This document shows, piece after piece, positions 30,127-39,065 of a DNA stretch of 64,000 nucleotides. The notes below the pieces were generated by a model. It was not told the origin of the DNA. It saw only the letters and a list, made by a program, of their open reading frames with translations, and did no database searches. The DNA is taken from contig JAJFIV010000008.1 of NCBI GenBank assembly GCA_021774625.1, positions 111,392 through 175,391 on the forward strand. Direction: 5' to 3'. A program made the translations under genes and the position numbers. The DNA is from Alphaproteobacteria bacterium (GTDB lineage Bacteria > Pseudomonadota > Alphaproteobacteria > Sphingomonadales > JAKSBY01). Position 1 is the first letter of the stretch. Every line of letters starts with the position of its first letter.

Positions 30127-30678
30127 TTATTCGGCTGCCGCCAGTGCCGTTGTCTTGACGAGTGGAAAGTCGACCTCGGTTCCGGCGATGTGGTTAAAAT
30201 AATTCGTAAAAATATTGACACCGATATGCGCCAGTATTTCGGTGATTTCGCCGTCGGAAAGGCCGATATTTCTGAGAGTTTCCAGCGCGTCCGCTTTTGG
30301 ATGCCCGCGGGAATCGACGACATCGCGCACAAATTGCAGAACTGCGTTGGTTTTGGGATCATTCGCTGATCCAGTCAAATTCAGCGCCGCTTCTTCCGCG
30401 CTGACGCCCGCGCCCTTGGCCATCAAAGTATGAGCCGACGCGCAATAGTCACACTGGTGTGTGCCGGCAACCGCCAGCGCAATCTGTTCGCGAAGGTCCG
30501 GGGTCAGTTTTCCACCGGCAAGGGCCCCGCTAAAACCGAGATAGCCTTTCAGGGCCACCGGGGACTGCGCCATTGTCGCCAGAATGTTGGGGATCATACC
30601 CAACTGCTTCTTCACGCCGCTCAGAATATCCCGGGCCTCGCCCGGTGCGTCAACGTTGATTGGTTTAATATTTGCCAT
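30127..30678 (-). CDS. Carboxymuconolactone decarboxylase / AhpD-like family protein
   Basis: LREQIALAVAGTHQCDYCASAH (CxxC AhpD core). Confidence 0.85.
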   Translation of the reverse strand: MANIKPINVDAPGEARDILSGVKKQLGMIPNILATMAQSPVALKGYLGFSGALAGGKLTPDLREQIALAVAGTHQCDYCASAHTLMAKGAGVSAEEAALNLTGSANDPKTNAVLQFVRDVVDSRGHPKADALETLRNIGLSDGEITEILAHIGVNIFTNYFNHIAGTEVDFPLVKTTALAAAE

Positions 30679-30702
30679 TATCTGTCTCCTTTATAAAAGT
30701 AG

Positions 30703-30748
30703 TATACCGTTCTGTTTACTTAGGAGCCAGACAGATATACCGATCTGT
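30703..30748. promoter_or_regulatory. Candidate TetR operator in the divergent intergenic region
   Basis: Direct repeat TATACCGTTCTGT (30703-30715) / TATACCGATCTGT (30736-30748). The second copy sits inside the palindrome ACAGAT-N6-ATCTGT (30731-30748). Confidence 0.4.
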
Positions 30749-30852
30749 GTAGATTGTCAATACCATTATCGAACTTTTTTTTGGACATTTGCGATTTATT
30801 CCCTATATTAAAGGAAATGGTATGGGAAAAAATATAAACAGACAGGTGTATA

Positions 30853-31419
30853 ATGATGCAATCAAAACGACAGCAGCTGGTGGATGCGGCCGTTGATCTG
30901 TTTTCCGCCCACGGATATCACGGGGTTGGAATTGACCGCATTGCCGAAGAGGCGCGCGTCACAAAAAAGACCATGTATCATCACTTCCGGTCCAAGGAGG
31001 AACTGATCCTGGCGGCGCTGCGGCACTATGACGGGATATTCCGCAATAATTTCATGAAGGCTGTTGGGGATGCGGCGGAAGACCCGGAAGGGCGCCTCCT
31101 CGCCATTTTCGATGTGGCTCACGCCTGGTTTTCCGACAAGAAATTTTATGGCTGCATGTTTATCAATGCCATCGGCGAATATTCGGAACCGGATACGGCC
31201 ATCCGCTCGGTCTGCGCCGATTTCAAAAAACTGATCCGCACATATATTGAGAAACTGGCGAAAGAGGCAGGCCTGAAGGAGCCGGCCAAGATTGCGGCCA
31301 CGCTTGCGCTTCTTCTGGAAGGCTCGACCGTCACCGCGCAGGTTTCCGGCGATCCAGGGTGTGCGAAAACCGCCAGGGATGCCGCGAAAGTGCTTATCGA
31401 TAACGCGCCGCGGGTATGA
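30853..31419 (+). CDS. TetR/AcrR family transcriptional regulator
   Basis: N-terminal HTH LFSAHGYHGVGIDRIAEEARVTKKTMYHHFRSKEEL. Confidence 0.9.
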   Translation: MMQSKRQQLVDAAVDLFSAHGYHGVGIDRIAEEARVTKKTMYHHFRSKEELILAALRHYDGIFRNNFMKAVGDAAEDPEGRLLAIFDVAHAWFSDKKFYGCMFINAIGEYSEPDTAIRSVCADFKKLIRTYIEKLAKEAGLKEPAKIAATLALLLEGSTVTAQVSGDPGCAKTARDAAKVLIDNAPRV

Positions 31420-31997
31420 ACGAGAATTTTACGGAATTGCTTGCCCGGGTCCGGGCCTGCCGGTTGTGTGAAGACCAACTGCCCGAAGGACCGCGCCCGG
31501 TTTTTCAGCTGGCGAAAAGCGCCCACATCCTTGTGGCGGGTCAGGCGCCCGGCATTCGGGTGCACAAAACCGGCATTCCGTTTAATGATCCGAGCGGCGA
31601 CCGGCTGCGGGACTGGATGGGAGTTGACCGGACAGTTTTTTATGATGCGGACCGGCTGGCCATCGTGCCCATGGGTTTCTGTTACCCCGGCACCGGCAAG
31701 TCCGGCGACCTGCCGCCGATCCCGCTCTGTGCCGAGACATGGCGGCAAAAACTGCTGGATCAGGCCCCCAATATCAAATTGACCCTTGCCATCGGCCAAT
31801 ATGCCATCGCCTGGCATCTCGGCAAAACCAAAAAGAACCTCACAGAAATCGTCCGGTCCTGGAAAGAATATGGCGAGTCTGTTATCCCCCTCCCCCATCC
31901 CAGCCCCAGAAACAATATCTGGCTGAAGAAAAATCCTTGGTTTGAGGCGGAACTGATTCCGGTTTTACAAGCACGTGTGCAAAAGGCGCTGGGCTGA
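31416..31997 (+). CDS. Uracil-DNA glycosylase superfamily protein
   Basis: CRLCE..., VAGQAPG and PLPHPSPRN motifs. ATGA overlap with the TetR stop. Confidence 0.85.
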   Translation: MNENFTELLARVRACRLCEDQLPEGPRPVFQLAKSAHILVAGQAPGIRVHKTGIPFNDPSGDRLRDWMGVDRTVFYDADRLAIVPMGFCYPGTGKSGDLPPIPLCAETWRQKLLDQAPNIKLTLAIGQYAIAWHLGKTKKNLTEIVRSWKEYGESVIPLPHPSPRNNIWLKKNPWFEAELIPVLQARVQKALG

Positions 31998-32003
31998 TTT
32001 TTG

Positions 32004-32363
32004 TTATGGGTAAGCCGTGATTTCAATGCGCATGCCGTCGGGGTCTTTCAGGAACAGGCAATAGTCGCCGCCGAGGATTTGGACGTCCGGCGCATCGAAG
32101 CCGAGGCCGACCATTTGTTCGCGGATACCATCGACGGCGGCGCGGTCGGGCGCGGTAAAACCCAGATGGTTTAGCCCGACGCCGAAGCGGTTATAGGCGT
32201 CCTCCGGCTCCGTTGCCGGGCGAAGGTCAAGGTACAGTCCATCATCATTGCCAAATACATGCTCCCCGCTACGGGAAAACCCGATCAGTTCCAACAGCGC
32301 CGCATACCACGCATCGCTTTTTTCCATATGGCTGACATAAAGGACAATATGATCCAGTTTCAT
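32004..32363 (-). CDS. VOC (glyoxalase/bleomycin-resistance) family protein
   Basis: MKLDHIVLYVSHMEKSDAWY...LNHLGFTA...LFLKDPDGMRIEI. Confidence 0.8.
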   Translation of the reverse strand: MKLDHIVLYVSHMEKSDAWYAALLELIGFSRSGEHVFGNDDGLYLDLRPATEPEDAYNRFGVGLNHLGFTAPDRAAVDGIREQMVGLGFDAPDVQILGGDYCLFLKDPDGMRIEITAYP

Positions 32364-32755
32364 CGGTTGACAGCCGGTTTGATATCGGTTTTGCTGAAAT
32401 CATTCCCTTTGAACAATAACGGCTCTCCGCTGCTTTTGGAAAGCGCGTATGAAAAGCAATCGCCGAAATTTAGCCCGGCAGGGTGTTGGCCCTTTCCATA
32501 TTGTCGATACGCTTCGAGTGCGATGTCCGTTTGATCCGCATCGAAGGGTTCGATTTTTATCTTGGCTTTGTATAGAAGAAGCTCGAGTTCACGGCGGCCA
32601 TCCTCCCCGAGCGTGTTTTCGATGACGATCCCGGTTTCCACAACATTGGGAGCGGCCATCAGGCGCACCGAATCATCAGCAATCGCGTCCGAATAGCCTT
32701 GCGCTTCAGGCTCGCCAAATAAAATCGCTATCAACGCAGAACTGTCGATGACCAT
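32360..32755 (-). CDS. vapC: Type II toxin VapC (PIN domain)
   Basis: MVIDSSALIAILFGEPEA..., FGDCFSYALS, LLFKGNDF. Overlaps vapB by 1 nt. Confidence 0.85.
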   Translation of the reverse strand: MVIDSSALIAILFGEPEAQGYSDAIADDSVRLMAAPNVVETGIVIENTLGEDGRRELELLLYKAKIKIEPFDADQTDIALEAYRQYGKGQHPAGLNFGDCFSYALSKSSGEPLLFKGNDFSKTDIKPAVNR

Positions 32756-33009
32756 CAGGATGGTAATCCATGTTTGTCATAACCAATGATTTCATCAGGC
32801 GTCCTATCTGTCAGCCTAGGCAATTTCGCGGCCCGTCTGCTGATTGCCATGATTTCCCGGCCAAGAGCCGTTTGCCGTTTTCTGCTTTGCTCCTTTTCCA
32901 GCCGTTCTTTTAGTGATCGTTGTATCGCCACCGTCAGACTTTCCCCAGTGGTCTTCGCCAACTCCCGCGCCAGGCGGTCCGTTTCGCGATCCTTGATATT
33001 CAACGCCAT
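32755..33009 (-). CDS. vapB: Type II antitoxin VapB
   Basis: MALNIKDRETDRLARELAKTTGESLTVAIQRSLKERLE, immediately upstream of a PIN toxin. Confidence 0.8.
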   Translation of the reverse strand: MALNIKDRETDRLARELAKTTGESLTVAIQRSLKERLEKEQSRKRQTALGREIMAISRRAAKLPRLTDRTPDEIIGYDKHGLPS

Positions 33010-33023
33010 GTTTCTTCCTATAA

Positions 33024-33035
33024 AGAAAATTTTCT
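33024..33035. promoter_or_regulatory. 12-bp perfect palindrome, candidate vapBC auto-operator
   Basis: AGAAAATTTTCT lies 15 bp upstream of the vapB ATG within AT-rich promoter-like sequence. Confidence 0.35.
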
Positions 33036-33158
33036 ATATTATATACAAAATGCTGCAAAAAAACAAGCGTTCCTCATTTAAGTGAAAACGGGAAACCAAT
33101 TTACTACCGGACAAGAGCTAGGAAAGCAGCTTTCGTCTATAGGGATAACGGTCATCTG

Positions 33159-35807
33159 CTACCCCAACCGCTTCAGCGCCGCTTTCAGCTTTGCAGCGGT
33201 TTCGCGCTCTGACTCCAGCCGGACGCGTGCTTCCTCCACCACATGGGCGGGGGCTTTGGCGGTGAATTGGGCGTTGCCGAGGCGTCCGGACAGGGCTTTG
33301 ATTTCGCCTTCCGCCTTTTGGATCGCTTTGGTCAGGCGGTCGCGTTCGGCAGCGAGGTCGATGACGCCTTCGAGGGGCAGGATGATGGTGGCCTCGTCGA
33401 TCACAATCTGCAGAGCGCCTTTGGCCGGGGCGGCGCCGGTCTTTTCCAGACTTTCCAGCCGGGCGAGCCGCCGTAACAGCCCGCCCTGGCGTTCGATCTG
33501 CTTCCAGGTTGCATCGGACGCTCCCTGTACCAGAGACGGCACCTTTGCCCCTGCAGGGATATTGGCGTCAGCGCGGGCGGAACGGACGGACGTCACAAAG
33601 CGGATTGTCCAATCCATCTCCTCTGCGGCATCCGCATTAATCAGGTCATCGCTGAACCCTGGCCATGCGCCGAGAATGAGATCGCTGTCACGCTTCTCGT
33701 CCATGGCGTGCCACAGTTCCTCGGTGATGAACGGCATGAAGGGGTGGAGCATGATCAGGATCTGATCGAAAGCCCAGGCGGCGGTGCGTTGGGTTTCCCG
33801 TTTGCCTTCGGCGTCGGTGCCGCCCAGCACCGGCTTGATGAATTCCACATACCAGTCACAGAAACTGTGCCAGGCGAAGTGATAGATGACCTCGGCCGCT
33901 TCACTGAAACGATAAGCGGCAAGGGCGGCATCGAGCGCCTTTACCGTCTTCCTCACTTCGCCGATGATCCACTGATTGACGGTAAGGGTGGCGCTTTTCG
34001 GATCGAAATCTCCTGCCCCGCCGGTGCAGTCGTTCATTTCGCAGAACCGGGCGGCGTTCCACAGTTTGGTGGAGAAATTGCGATAGCCTTCAATGCGGTT
34101 TTCCGAGAGTTTGATATCGCGGCCCTGGGTTTCCATGGCGGCCAGGGTAAAGCGCAGCGCATCCGCGCCGTATTTTTCGATCAGATTCAGGGGGTCCACC
34201 GTATTGCCGCGGGCTTTGGACATTTTCTGCCCCTGCTCGTCGCGCACCAGGCCATGGCAATAGACGGTATGGAAGGGCGGTTCCTTCATGAAATGGATGC
34301 CCTGCATCATCATCCGCGCCACCCAGAAAAAGATAATGTCGAAACCGGTCACCAGCACCGAATTGGGATAGTAACGGTCAAGGCCGAGTTCTTTGGAGGC
34401 TGCCTCATCCGGCCAGCCAATGGTGCCGAACGGCCACAGCGCCGAGGAAAACCAGGTATCCAGCACGTCGGGATCGCGGGTGAGTTTGACGCCCGCCCCA
34501 GCCTCTGCCTGTGCCTCTTCCTCGGTTTCCGCGACATAGACCTTTCCGGCCTCGTCATACCAGGCCGGGATTTGATGGCCCCACCAGAGCTGGCGGGAGA
34601 CGCACCAGGGCTGGATATTTTCCATCCAGTTGAAATAGGTTTTTTCCCAGGTAGCAGGTACGAATTTGGTGGCGCCGGTTTTCACCGCATCAATGGCCGG
34701 TTTGGCCAGCGTCGCCGCATCCACATACCATTGATCGGTCAGCCAGGGTTCGATCACCACATCCGAGCGGTCGCCATAGGGCATCATGACCGTCTTCGCC
34801 TCGATCTTTTCCACAAGGCCGAGGGCCTCTAGGTCGGCGGCAACCACCTTGCGCGCCGCAAAGCGTTCCATGCCGCGGTATTTTTCCGGCACATTGTCAT
34901 TGAGATGGGCGTGCTGGTCGAAAATATTGACCATGGCCAGTTCGTGGCGCTTGCCGACCTCAAAATCGTTGAAATCGTGGGCCGGGGTGATTTTTACGGC
35001 GCCCGAGCCCTGCTCCGGGTCAGCATGTTCATCCGTGATAATAGGGATCAGGCGGTCGGCCAGCGGCAGCCGCACATATTTGCCCACCAGGTCCTTATAG
35101 CGATCATCATCCGGATGAACGGCAATCGCGGTATCGCCGAGCATGGTTTCCGGCCGGGTGGTGGCGACCACGATATAGCGCCCATCCTCGCCTTCAATGG
35201 GGTAGCGGAAATGCCAGAAATGACCCTGCACTTCCTTCTGCTCAACCTCAAGATCGGAAATGGCGGTCAGCAGCTTGGGGTCCCAATTGACCAGCCGCTG
35301 GTCCTTATACAAAAGCCCTTGCCGGTACAGATCGACAAACACTTTTAACACGGCTTTGGAAAAGCCTTCATCCATGGTGAAGCGTTCCCGCGACCAGTCG
35401 CAGGACGCGCCGAGCCTGCGCAACTGCCATGTAATCGTGCCGCCGGATTCTTCCTTCCATTCCCAGACATGCTTCAGGAACGCCTCGCGGCCCATCTCCC
35501 GGCGATCCAATCCCTGCGAGGCCAGATTGCGTTCCACCACCATCTGCGTTGCGATCCCGGCATGGTCACAGCCCGGCTGCCACAGCACATCCTTGCCCAG
35601 AAGCCGCTGATGGCGGATCAGAATATCCTGAATGGTGTTATCGAGCGCATGGCCGATATGCAGCGATCCCGTCACATTGGGCGGCGGGATGACAATGGTG
35701 AAGGTTTCGGCATCGGGCCTTTGGCCGCATTTGAACGCACCGGAATTTTCCCAGTATTCATACCATTTCTTCTCGATTTCGGCGGGATTGTAAGTCTTTT
35801 CCAGCAT
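33159..35807 (-). CDS. valS: Valine--tRNA ligase
   Basis: [15 protein letters not shown] (HIGH), KMSKARGN (KMSKS), C-terminal coiled coil. Start at [16 protein letters not shown] (35807). Confidence 0.97.
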   Translation of the reverse strand: MLEKTYNPAEIEKKWYEYWENSGAFKCGQRPDAETFTIVIPPPNVTGSLHIGHALDNTIQDILIRHQRLLGKDVLWQPGCDHAGIATQMVVERNLASQGLDRREMGREAFLKHVWEWKEESGGTITWQLRRLGASCDWSRERFTMDEGFSKAVLKVFVDLYRQGLLYKDQRLVNWDPKLLTAISDLEVEQKEVQGHFWHFRYPIEGEDGRYIVVATTRPETMLGDTAIAVHPDDDRYKDLVGKYVRLPLADRLIPIITDEHADPEQGSGAVKITPAHDFNDFEVGKRHELAMVNIFDQHAHLNDNVPEKYRGMERFAARKVVAADLEALGLVEKIEAKTVMMPYGDRSDVVIEPWLTDQWYVDAATLAKPAIDAVKTGATKFVPATWEKTYFNWMENIQPWCVSRQLWWGHQIPAWYDEAGKVYVAETEEEAQAEAGAGVKLTRDPDVLDTWFSSALWPFGTIGWPDEAASKELGLDRYYPNSVLVTGFDIIFFWVARMMMQGIHFMKEPPFHTVYCHGLVRDEQGQKMSKARGNTVDPLNLIEKYGADALRFTLAAMETQGRDIKLSENRIEGYRNFSTKLWNAARFCEMNDCTGGAGDFDPKSATLTVNQWIIGEVRKTVKALDAALAAYRFSEAAEVIYHFAWHSFCDWYVEFIKPVLGGTDAEGKRETQRTAAWAFDQILIMLHPFMPFITEELWHAMDEKRDSDLILGAWPGFSDDLINADAAEEMDWTIRFVTSVRSARADANIPAGAKVPSLVQGASDATWKQIERQGGLLRRLARLESLEKTGAAPAKGALQIVIDEATIILPLEGVIDLAAERDRLTKAIQKAEGEIKALSGRLGNAQFTAKAPAHVVEEARVRLESERETAAKLKAALKRLG

Positions 35808-35927
35808 AGCCGCGCGCACCCTTAAAAAAAGCCCCACAGTGGGGCGCTCCGCTTCCTTGTAGCCAAGTGCCAAAGGCCCGTCAACGCGCGGGGGAGCACT
35901 ATCGCCGGTCCGTCAGATAAAATTTCC

Positions 35928-35956
35928 TTGACGTGGGAAATATTCCCACATATATT
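35928..35956 (+). promoter_or_regulatory. Sigma70-like promoter P1, with the 17-bp palindrome filling the spacer
   Basis: TTGACG (35928-33) - 17 nt - TATATT (35951-56). The palindrome GTGGGAAATATTCCCAC occupies 35933-35949. It lies 70 nt upstream of ATG 36027. Confidence 0.55.
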
Positions 35957-36026
35957 GTTTGTGGGATTTTTTTTCACTGATTCGGATTGATTCCCGACTT
36001 TAACCCGGCAAAAAGGAGTAAAGAAA

Positions 36027-36710
36027 ATGAAAAAGAATTTGGGCTATTTAGCAGGAACATTTGGTCTGGCACTGTTGTTACCGGTCCCCGGCATATCGGC
36101 CCAGAGCCCGGACATGCCGTCCAAGGCCGCAGATGCTGTTGCAAGCAAGGTGATCACACTGTCGTCCGCTGCGGCCCGGCCAGAGGATCATGGCTCCGGA
36201 TTTGGCGACATTCCCAACCCCGCAGACGTGACGGTCACCCGCGAAAACCTGAAGCGGGTTATTAATGCCCTGCATAAAGCCGGTCTGAATCGCCAGCAAA
36301 TCAAACGCTGGATCAATGCCAGTCTTGATGCAGCCGGCAGTCCCCCGGACATCCCCAACCCCGGCGACATCGCCGTGACACGCGAAAATTTTAAACGCGT
36401 GGTCAATGCGCTTTTGAAAGCCGGTCTGAATCGTCAGCAGGTCAAGCGTTGGATCCATGCGAGCCTGAATGCCGGTGATCTGCGCCCCGATGGACCATTG
36501 ATTGCGCGGCCGGAGGTGGCGGACAAAAAACCGGCGGCCCCCATTGACCGGATCAAGCCGACCGATACCATGCCGACTGTCCGGCCCGCTGCGGTTGACA
36601 AAGTGGCCGTCGTCCGGCCGGTGCAGATCAGGCCGCAGAAAATAAGGGTCCAGAAGCCGGCCCGGATTGCGAAAGTGGCCAAGCCGGTGCGGATCATCAG
36701 AGCCAAATGA
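36027..36710 (+). CDS. Secreted protein of unknown function with two 47-aa tandem repeats and a highly basic tail (module gene A)
   Basis: RBS AAAGGAG. Signal peptide MKKNLGYLAGTFGLALLLPVPGISA. Repeats DIPNP(A/G)D(V/I)xVTREN(L/F)KRV(I/V)NAL(H/L)KAGLNRQQ(I/V)KRWIxASL. C-terminus ...VRPVQIRPQKIRVQKPARIAKVAKPVRIIRAK. Confidence 0.75.
   Translation: MKKNLGYLAGTFGLALLLPVPGISAQSPDMPSKAADAVASKVITLSSAAARPEDHGSGFGDIPNPADVTVTRENLKRVINALHKAGLNRQQIKRWINASLDAAGSPPDIPNPGDIAVTRENFKRVVNALLKAGLNRQQVKRWIHASLNAGDLRPDGPLIARPEVADKKPAAPIDRIKPTDTMPTVRPAAVDKVAVVRPVQIRPQKIRVQKPARIAKVAKPVRIIRAK
36207..36488 (+). repeat. Tandem duplication, 2 x 141 bp, inside gene A
   Basis: Unit starts GACATTCCCAACCCCGCAGAC (36207) and GACATCCCCAACCCCGGCGAC (36348), so the period is 141 nt (47 codons). 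The units have diverged at many third positions. Confidence 0.7.
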
Positions 36711-36764
36711 CGCACCAAGTGGGTAACGGCGATTGGTGTGAGCTCCCTTAAGCACCCGCCCCCT

Positions 36765-36800
36765 GATCCGGCCGGATACCCCTTTCCGGCCGGATCAATT
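36765..36800 (+). terminator. Strong hairpin (11-bp stem) after gene A; terminator or attenuator
   Basis: GATCCGGCCGG (36765-75) / CCGGCCGGATC (36786-96), 10-nt loop, followed by AATTTTAATTT. Confidence 0.5.
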
Positions 36801-36807
36801 TTAATTT

Positions 36808-36824
36808 GTGGGAAACTTTCCCCC
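36808..36824. promoter_or_regulatory. Degenerate third copy of the module palindrome upstream of gene B
   Basis: GTGGGAAACTTTCCCCC matches GTGGGAAATATTCCCAC at 14/17 positions. TATAAT at 36840-45; ATG at 36883. Confidence 0.35.
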
Positions 36825-36882
36825 GGATAGAATTTTGTGTATAATCGTGGGTATGTTTACTTGAAATGCGAGAAAGCCGGGT

Positions 36883-37737
36883 ATGGACAAAGCACCTGAC
36901 ATAGGCGGCCCGGCGGAATTACTGGTCAGAGCCATTAGCCGTCTGCTGCGGCCGCTGGTGCGCGCGCTTATTGCGCATGGCATTACCTTTCCGATGATAT
37001 CGGAAATTTTAAAACGGCTTTATGTCAGGAGCGCCGCCGAGGACTTCCCCATCGCCCGCTCAGCCGGTCAGCCCGTTTCCGACAGCCGCATCAGCCTTCT
37101 CACCCGCGTTCACCGCAAGGATGTCAAACGGCTGCGGCAGCATTCGGACAGGCCACCTGCGGCATCGGGCGCCGACAGCTCGCTTGTCGCGCAGTTGATC
37201 GCAAAATGGCTGGCCTCGCCCGACTATACAGATAAGGACGGCAATCCCACGCTTTTGGCCCGGACCGAAAGCGGCGGTGAAACCCCTTCATTTAACGGCT
37301 TGGTCACTTCCATCAGTAAAGATGTCCGGCCACGGGTCATACTTGATGAACTTGTGAACAGGGAAATCGTCACCATCGGCCCCGATGACAGAATCAGGCT
37401 GAATAAAAAGGCCTTTGTGCCACGGAAGGACTTTGAAAATATGACCTTCTTTTATGGACATAACCTGCATGATCATATGGCGGCGGCGACAAGCAATCTG
37501 TTACAGGAAAACACCCCATTCCTTGAACGGTCCGTTTATTATCACAATCTGACCCCGGCGTCGGTGGATATCCTGCGCAAGGAATCCGGGGAAACCGGCA
37601 TGGATGCGCTTCTGGCACTGAATAAAAGGGCGCATGCTCTGGCTGAACAGGATAAGGGGAAAAAGAGCGCCAATCAGCGCATGACCTTCGGCGTTTATTT
37701 CTATAAGGCGGATATGGAAGGAGCGGATGATGTTTGA
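36883..37737 (+). CDS. Cytoplasmic protein of unknown function with an HTH-like N-terminus (module gene B; recalled as DUF6502-like)
   Basis: LLRPLVRALIAHGITFPMISEILKRLYVRSAAE...SDSRISLLTRVHRKDVKRL resembles a helix-turn-helix. No signal peptide or transmembrane segment. The family name comes from memory only. Confidence 0.7.
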   Translation: MDKAPDIGGPAELLVRAISRLLRPLVRALIAHGITFPMISEILKRLYVRSAAEDFPIARSAGQPVSDSRISLLTRVHRKDVKRLRQHSDRPPAASGADSSLVAQLIAKWLASPDYTDKDGNPTLLARTESGGETPSFNGLVTSISKDVRPRVILDELVNREIVTIGPDDRIRLNKKAFVPRKDFENMTFFYGHNLHDHMAAATSNLLQENTPFLERSVYYHNLTPASVDILRKESGETGMDALLALNKRAHALAEQDKGKKSANQRMTFGVYFYKADMEGADDV

Positions 37738-39055
37738 GCGCCTTCTTGGCGAGCGGTATTTCGCATTTTTGCTTGGCGGCCTGATTCTGATTGCCATCAC
37801 TGTTTTTCTGATGCGCGGGCCGGGCGGCATAGGCGGCACCGGGATTGATGACCGGGACGGTATCGGCGGCACCGGCATTGTCGGCATGATTGAAAAATTC
37901 GGCAGTATCTATGTGAACGGTGTCAAGATCGATTATGCGCAAAACCTTCCCGTCGACCTGAATGGCCGCCTAGGCGGGACAGGAGACCTGCGCCTTGGCC
38001 AGATCGTGGAAGTGCTGGCCTCAGAACGGGACGATGGAACCTATTCCGCCAACAGCATTTCGGTGCGCTATGAAATCGTCGGCCCGGTCACGGCGGCCGA
38101 TCCCTCTGCCGGCACCATAGACGTCATGGGACGGTCCGTACTATTGTCGGCCGCGACCCTTAAAGGGCCCGGCACTGCTACCCAGCCGGCTATCGGTCTG
38201 ACGGTTGCTATCAGCGGCTTTGGCGGCGCCAATGGCAGGCTTTATGCGACACGCATAGATTACCTGCCGCCGGATCATGCGGCCAGCATCCGGGGTGAGA
38301 TGTCCGCTGGCGGACCGGATGGCGTCACGATTGACGGTCTCGCCGTGGAATTGGCGCCTGGCCTGACCGGTATGGCGGGCGGAAAAGCGCTTGCAATTGG
38401 TCATTATCAGGATGGACGGCTGATTGCCGATAACCTCCGTCCCCTGCCCGCCCTGCCCTTTGATGGACACGCTGACCGGCTGATTATCCAGGAATTTACC
38501 CCGCCCCCGGCTTTTCAATCGGCGCCTGTTACGCCTGTTCTCCCACCATCGCCGGAGCCGGAAAGGCCCGGCCGGGATGCTGAAAATCAGAACCGGCCGA
38601 TAAGGGAGGATATTAACGAACCCGCGCCACAGCCGGAACCGGACGGTATTTTGCGGCCTGTCCGGGATGACAGACCGGCTGGCGGGGAAATCCGCCCGGC
38701 CAGCCTGACGGAAAGCGAGCCGGTTCGCGTGGATACGGGCATCCGGCCGCAAAGCGCCGACACCAATGTGCGGACAGAAACCGCAGACCGCGTGGTCGAG
38801 ACCGGGCCAACGGAGACGATCCTGCGAACGGACGTTCAGAATGACGCAGTGACTGGCGAGCGCATCGAAACACCGGATGCGCCGGAGGGTCTTGATCGTC
38901 CCGGGACCGCCAGCCGTCCGGAACAGACTGAACGGCCAGAAACCGTGATCAGGCCTGAGAAAGCCGATAGACCGGAGAAAATTGACCGGCCGGAAAAAGT
39001 TATCCGCCCCGAGCGTCCCAAACGCCCGGAGCGGCCAAAAAGACTCAAACTTTAG
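37727..39055 (+). CDS. N-terminally membrane-anchored beta-rich protein with a roughly 170-aa Pro/Glu/Arg-rich repeat tail (module gene C; recalled as DUF5666-like)
   Basis: Transmembrane segment FAFLLGGLILIAITVFLM. Duplicated GIGGTG motif followed by FGSIYVNGVKIDY. Tail ends RPETVIRPEKADRPEKIDRPEKVIRPERPKRPERPKRLKL. 11-nt overlap with gene B. Confidence 0.7.
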   Translation: MMFERLLGERYFAFLLGGLILIAITVFLMRGPGGIGGTGIDDRDGIGGTGIVGMIEKFGSIYVNGVKIDYAQNLPVDLNGRLGGTGDLRLGQIVEVLASERDDGTYSANSISVRYEIVGPVTAADPSAGTIDVMGRSVLLSAATLKGPGTATQPAIGLTVAISGFGGANGRLYATRIDYLPPDHAASIRGEMSAGGPDGVTIDGLAVELAPGLTGMAGGKALAIGHYQDGRLIADNLRPLPALPFDGHADRLIIQEFTPPPAFQSAPVTPVLPPSPEPERPGRDAENQNRPIREDINEPAPQPEPDGILRPVRDDRPAGGEIRPASLTESEPVRVDTGIRPQSADTNVRTETADRVVETGPTETILRTDVQNDAVTGERIETPDAPEGLDRPGTASRPEQTERPETVIRPEKADRPEKIDRPEKVIRPERPKRPERPKRLKL

Positions 39056-39065
39056 CCGGTTAAAA

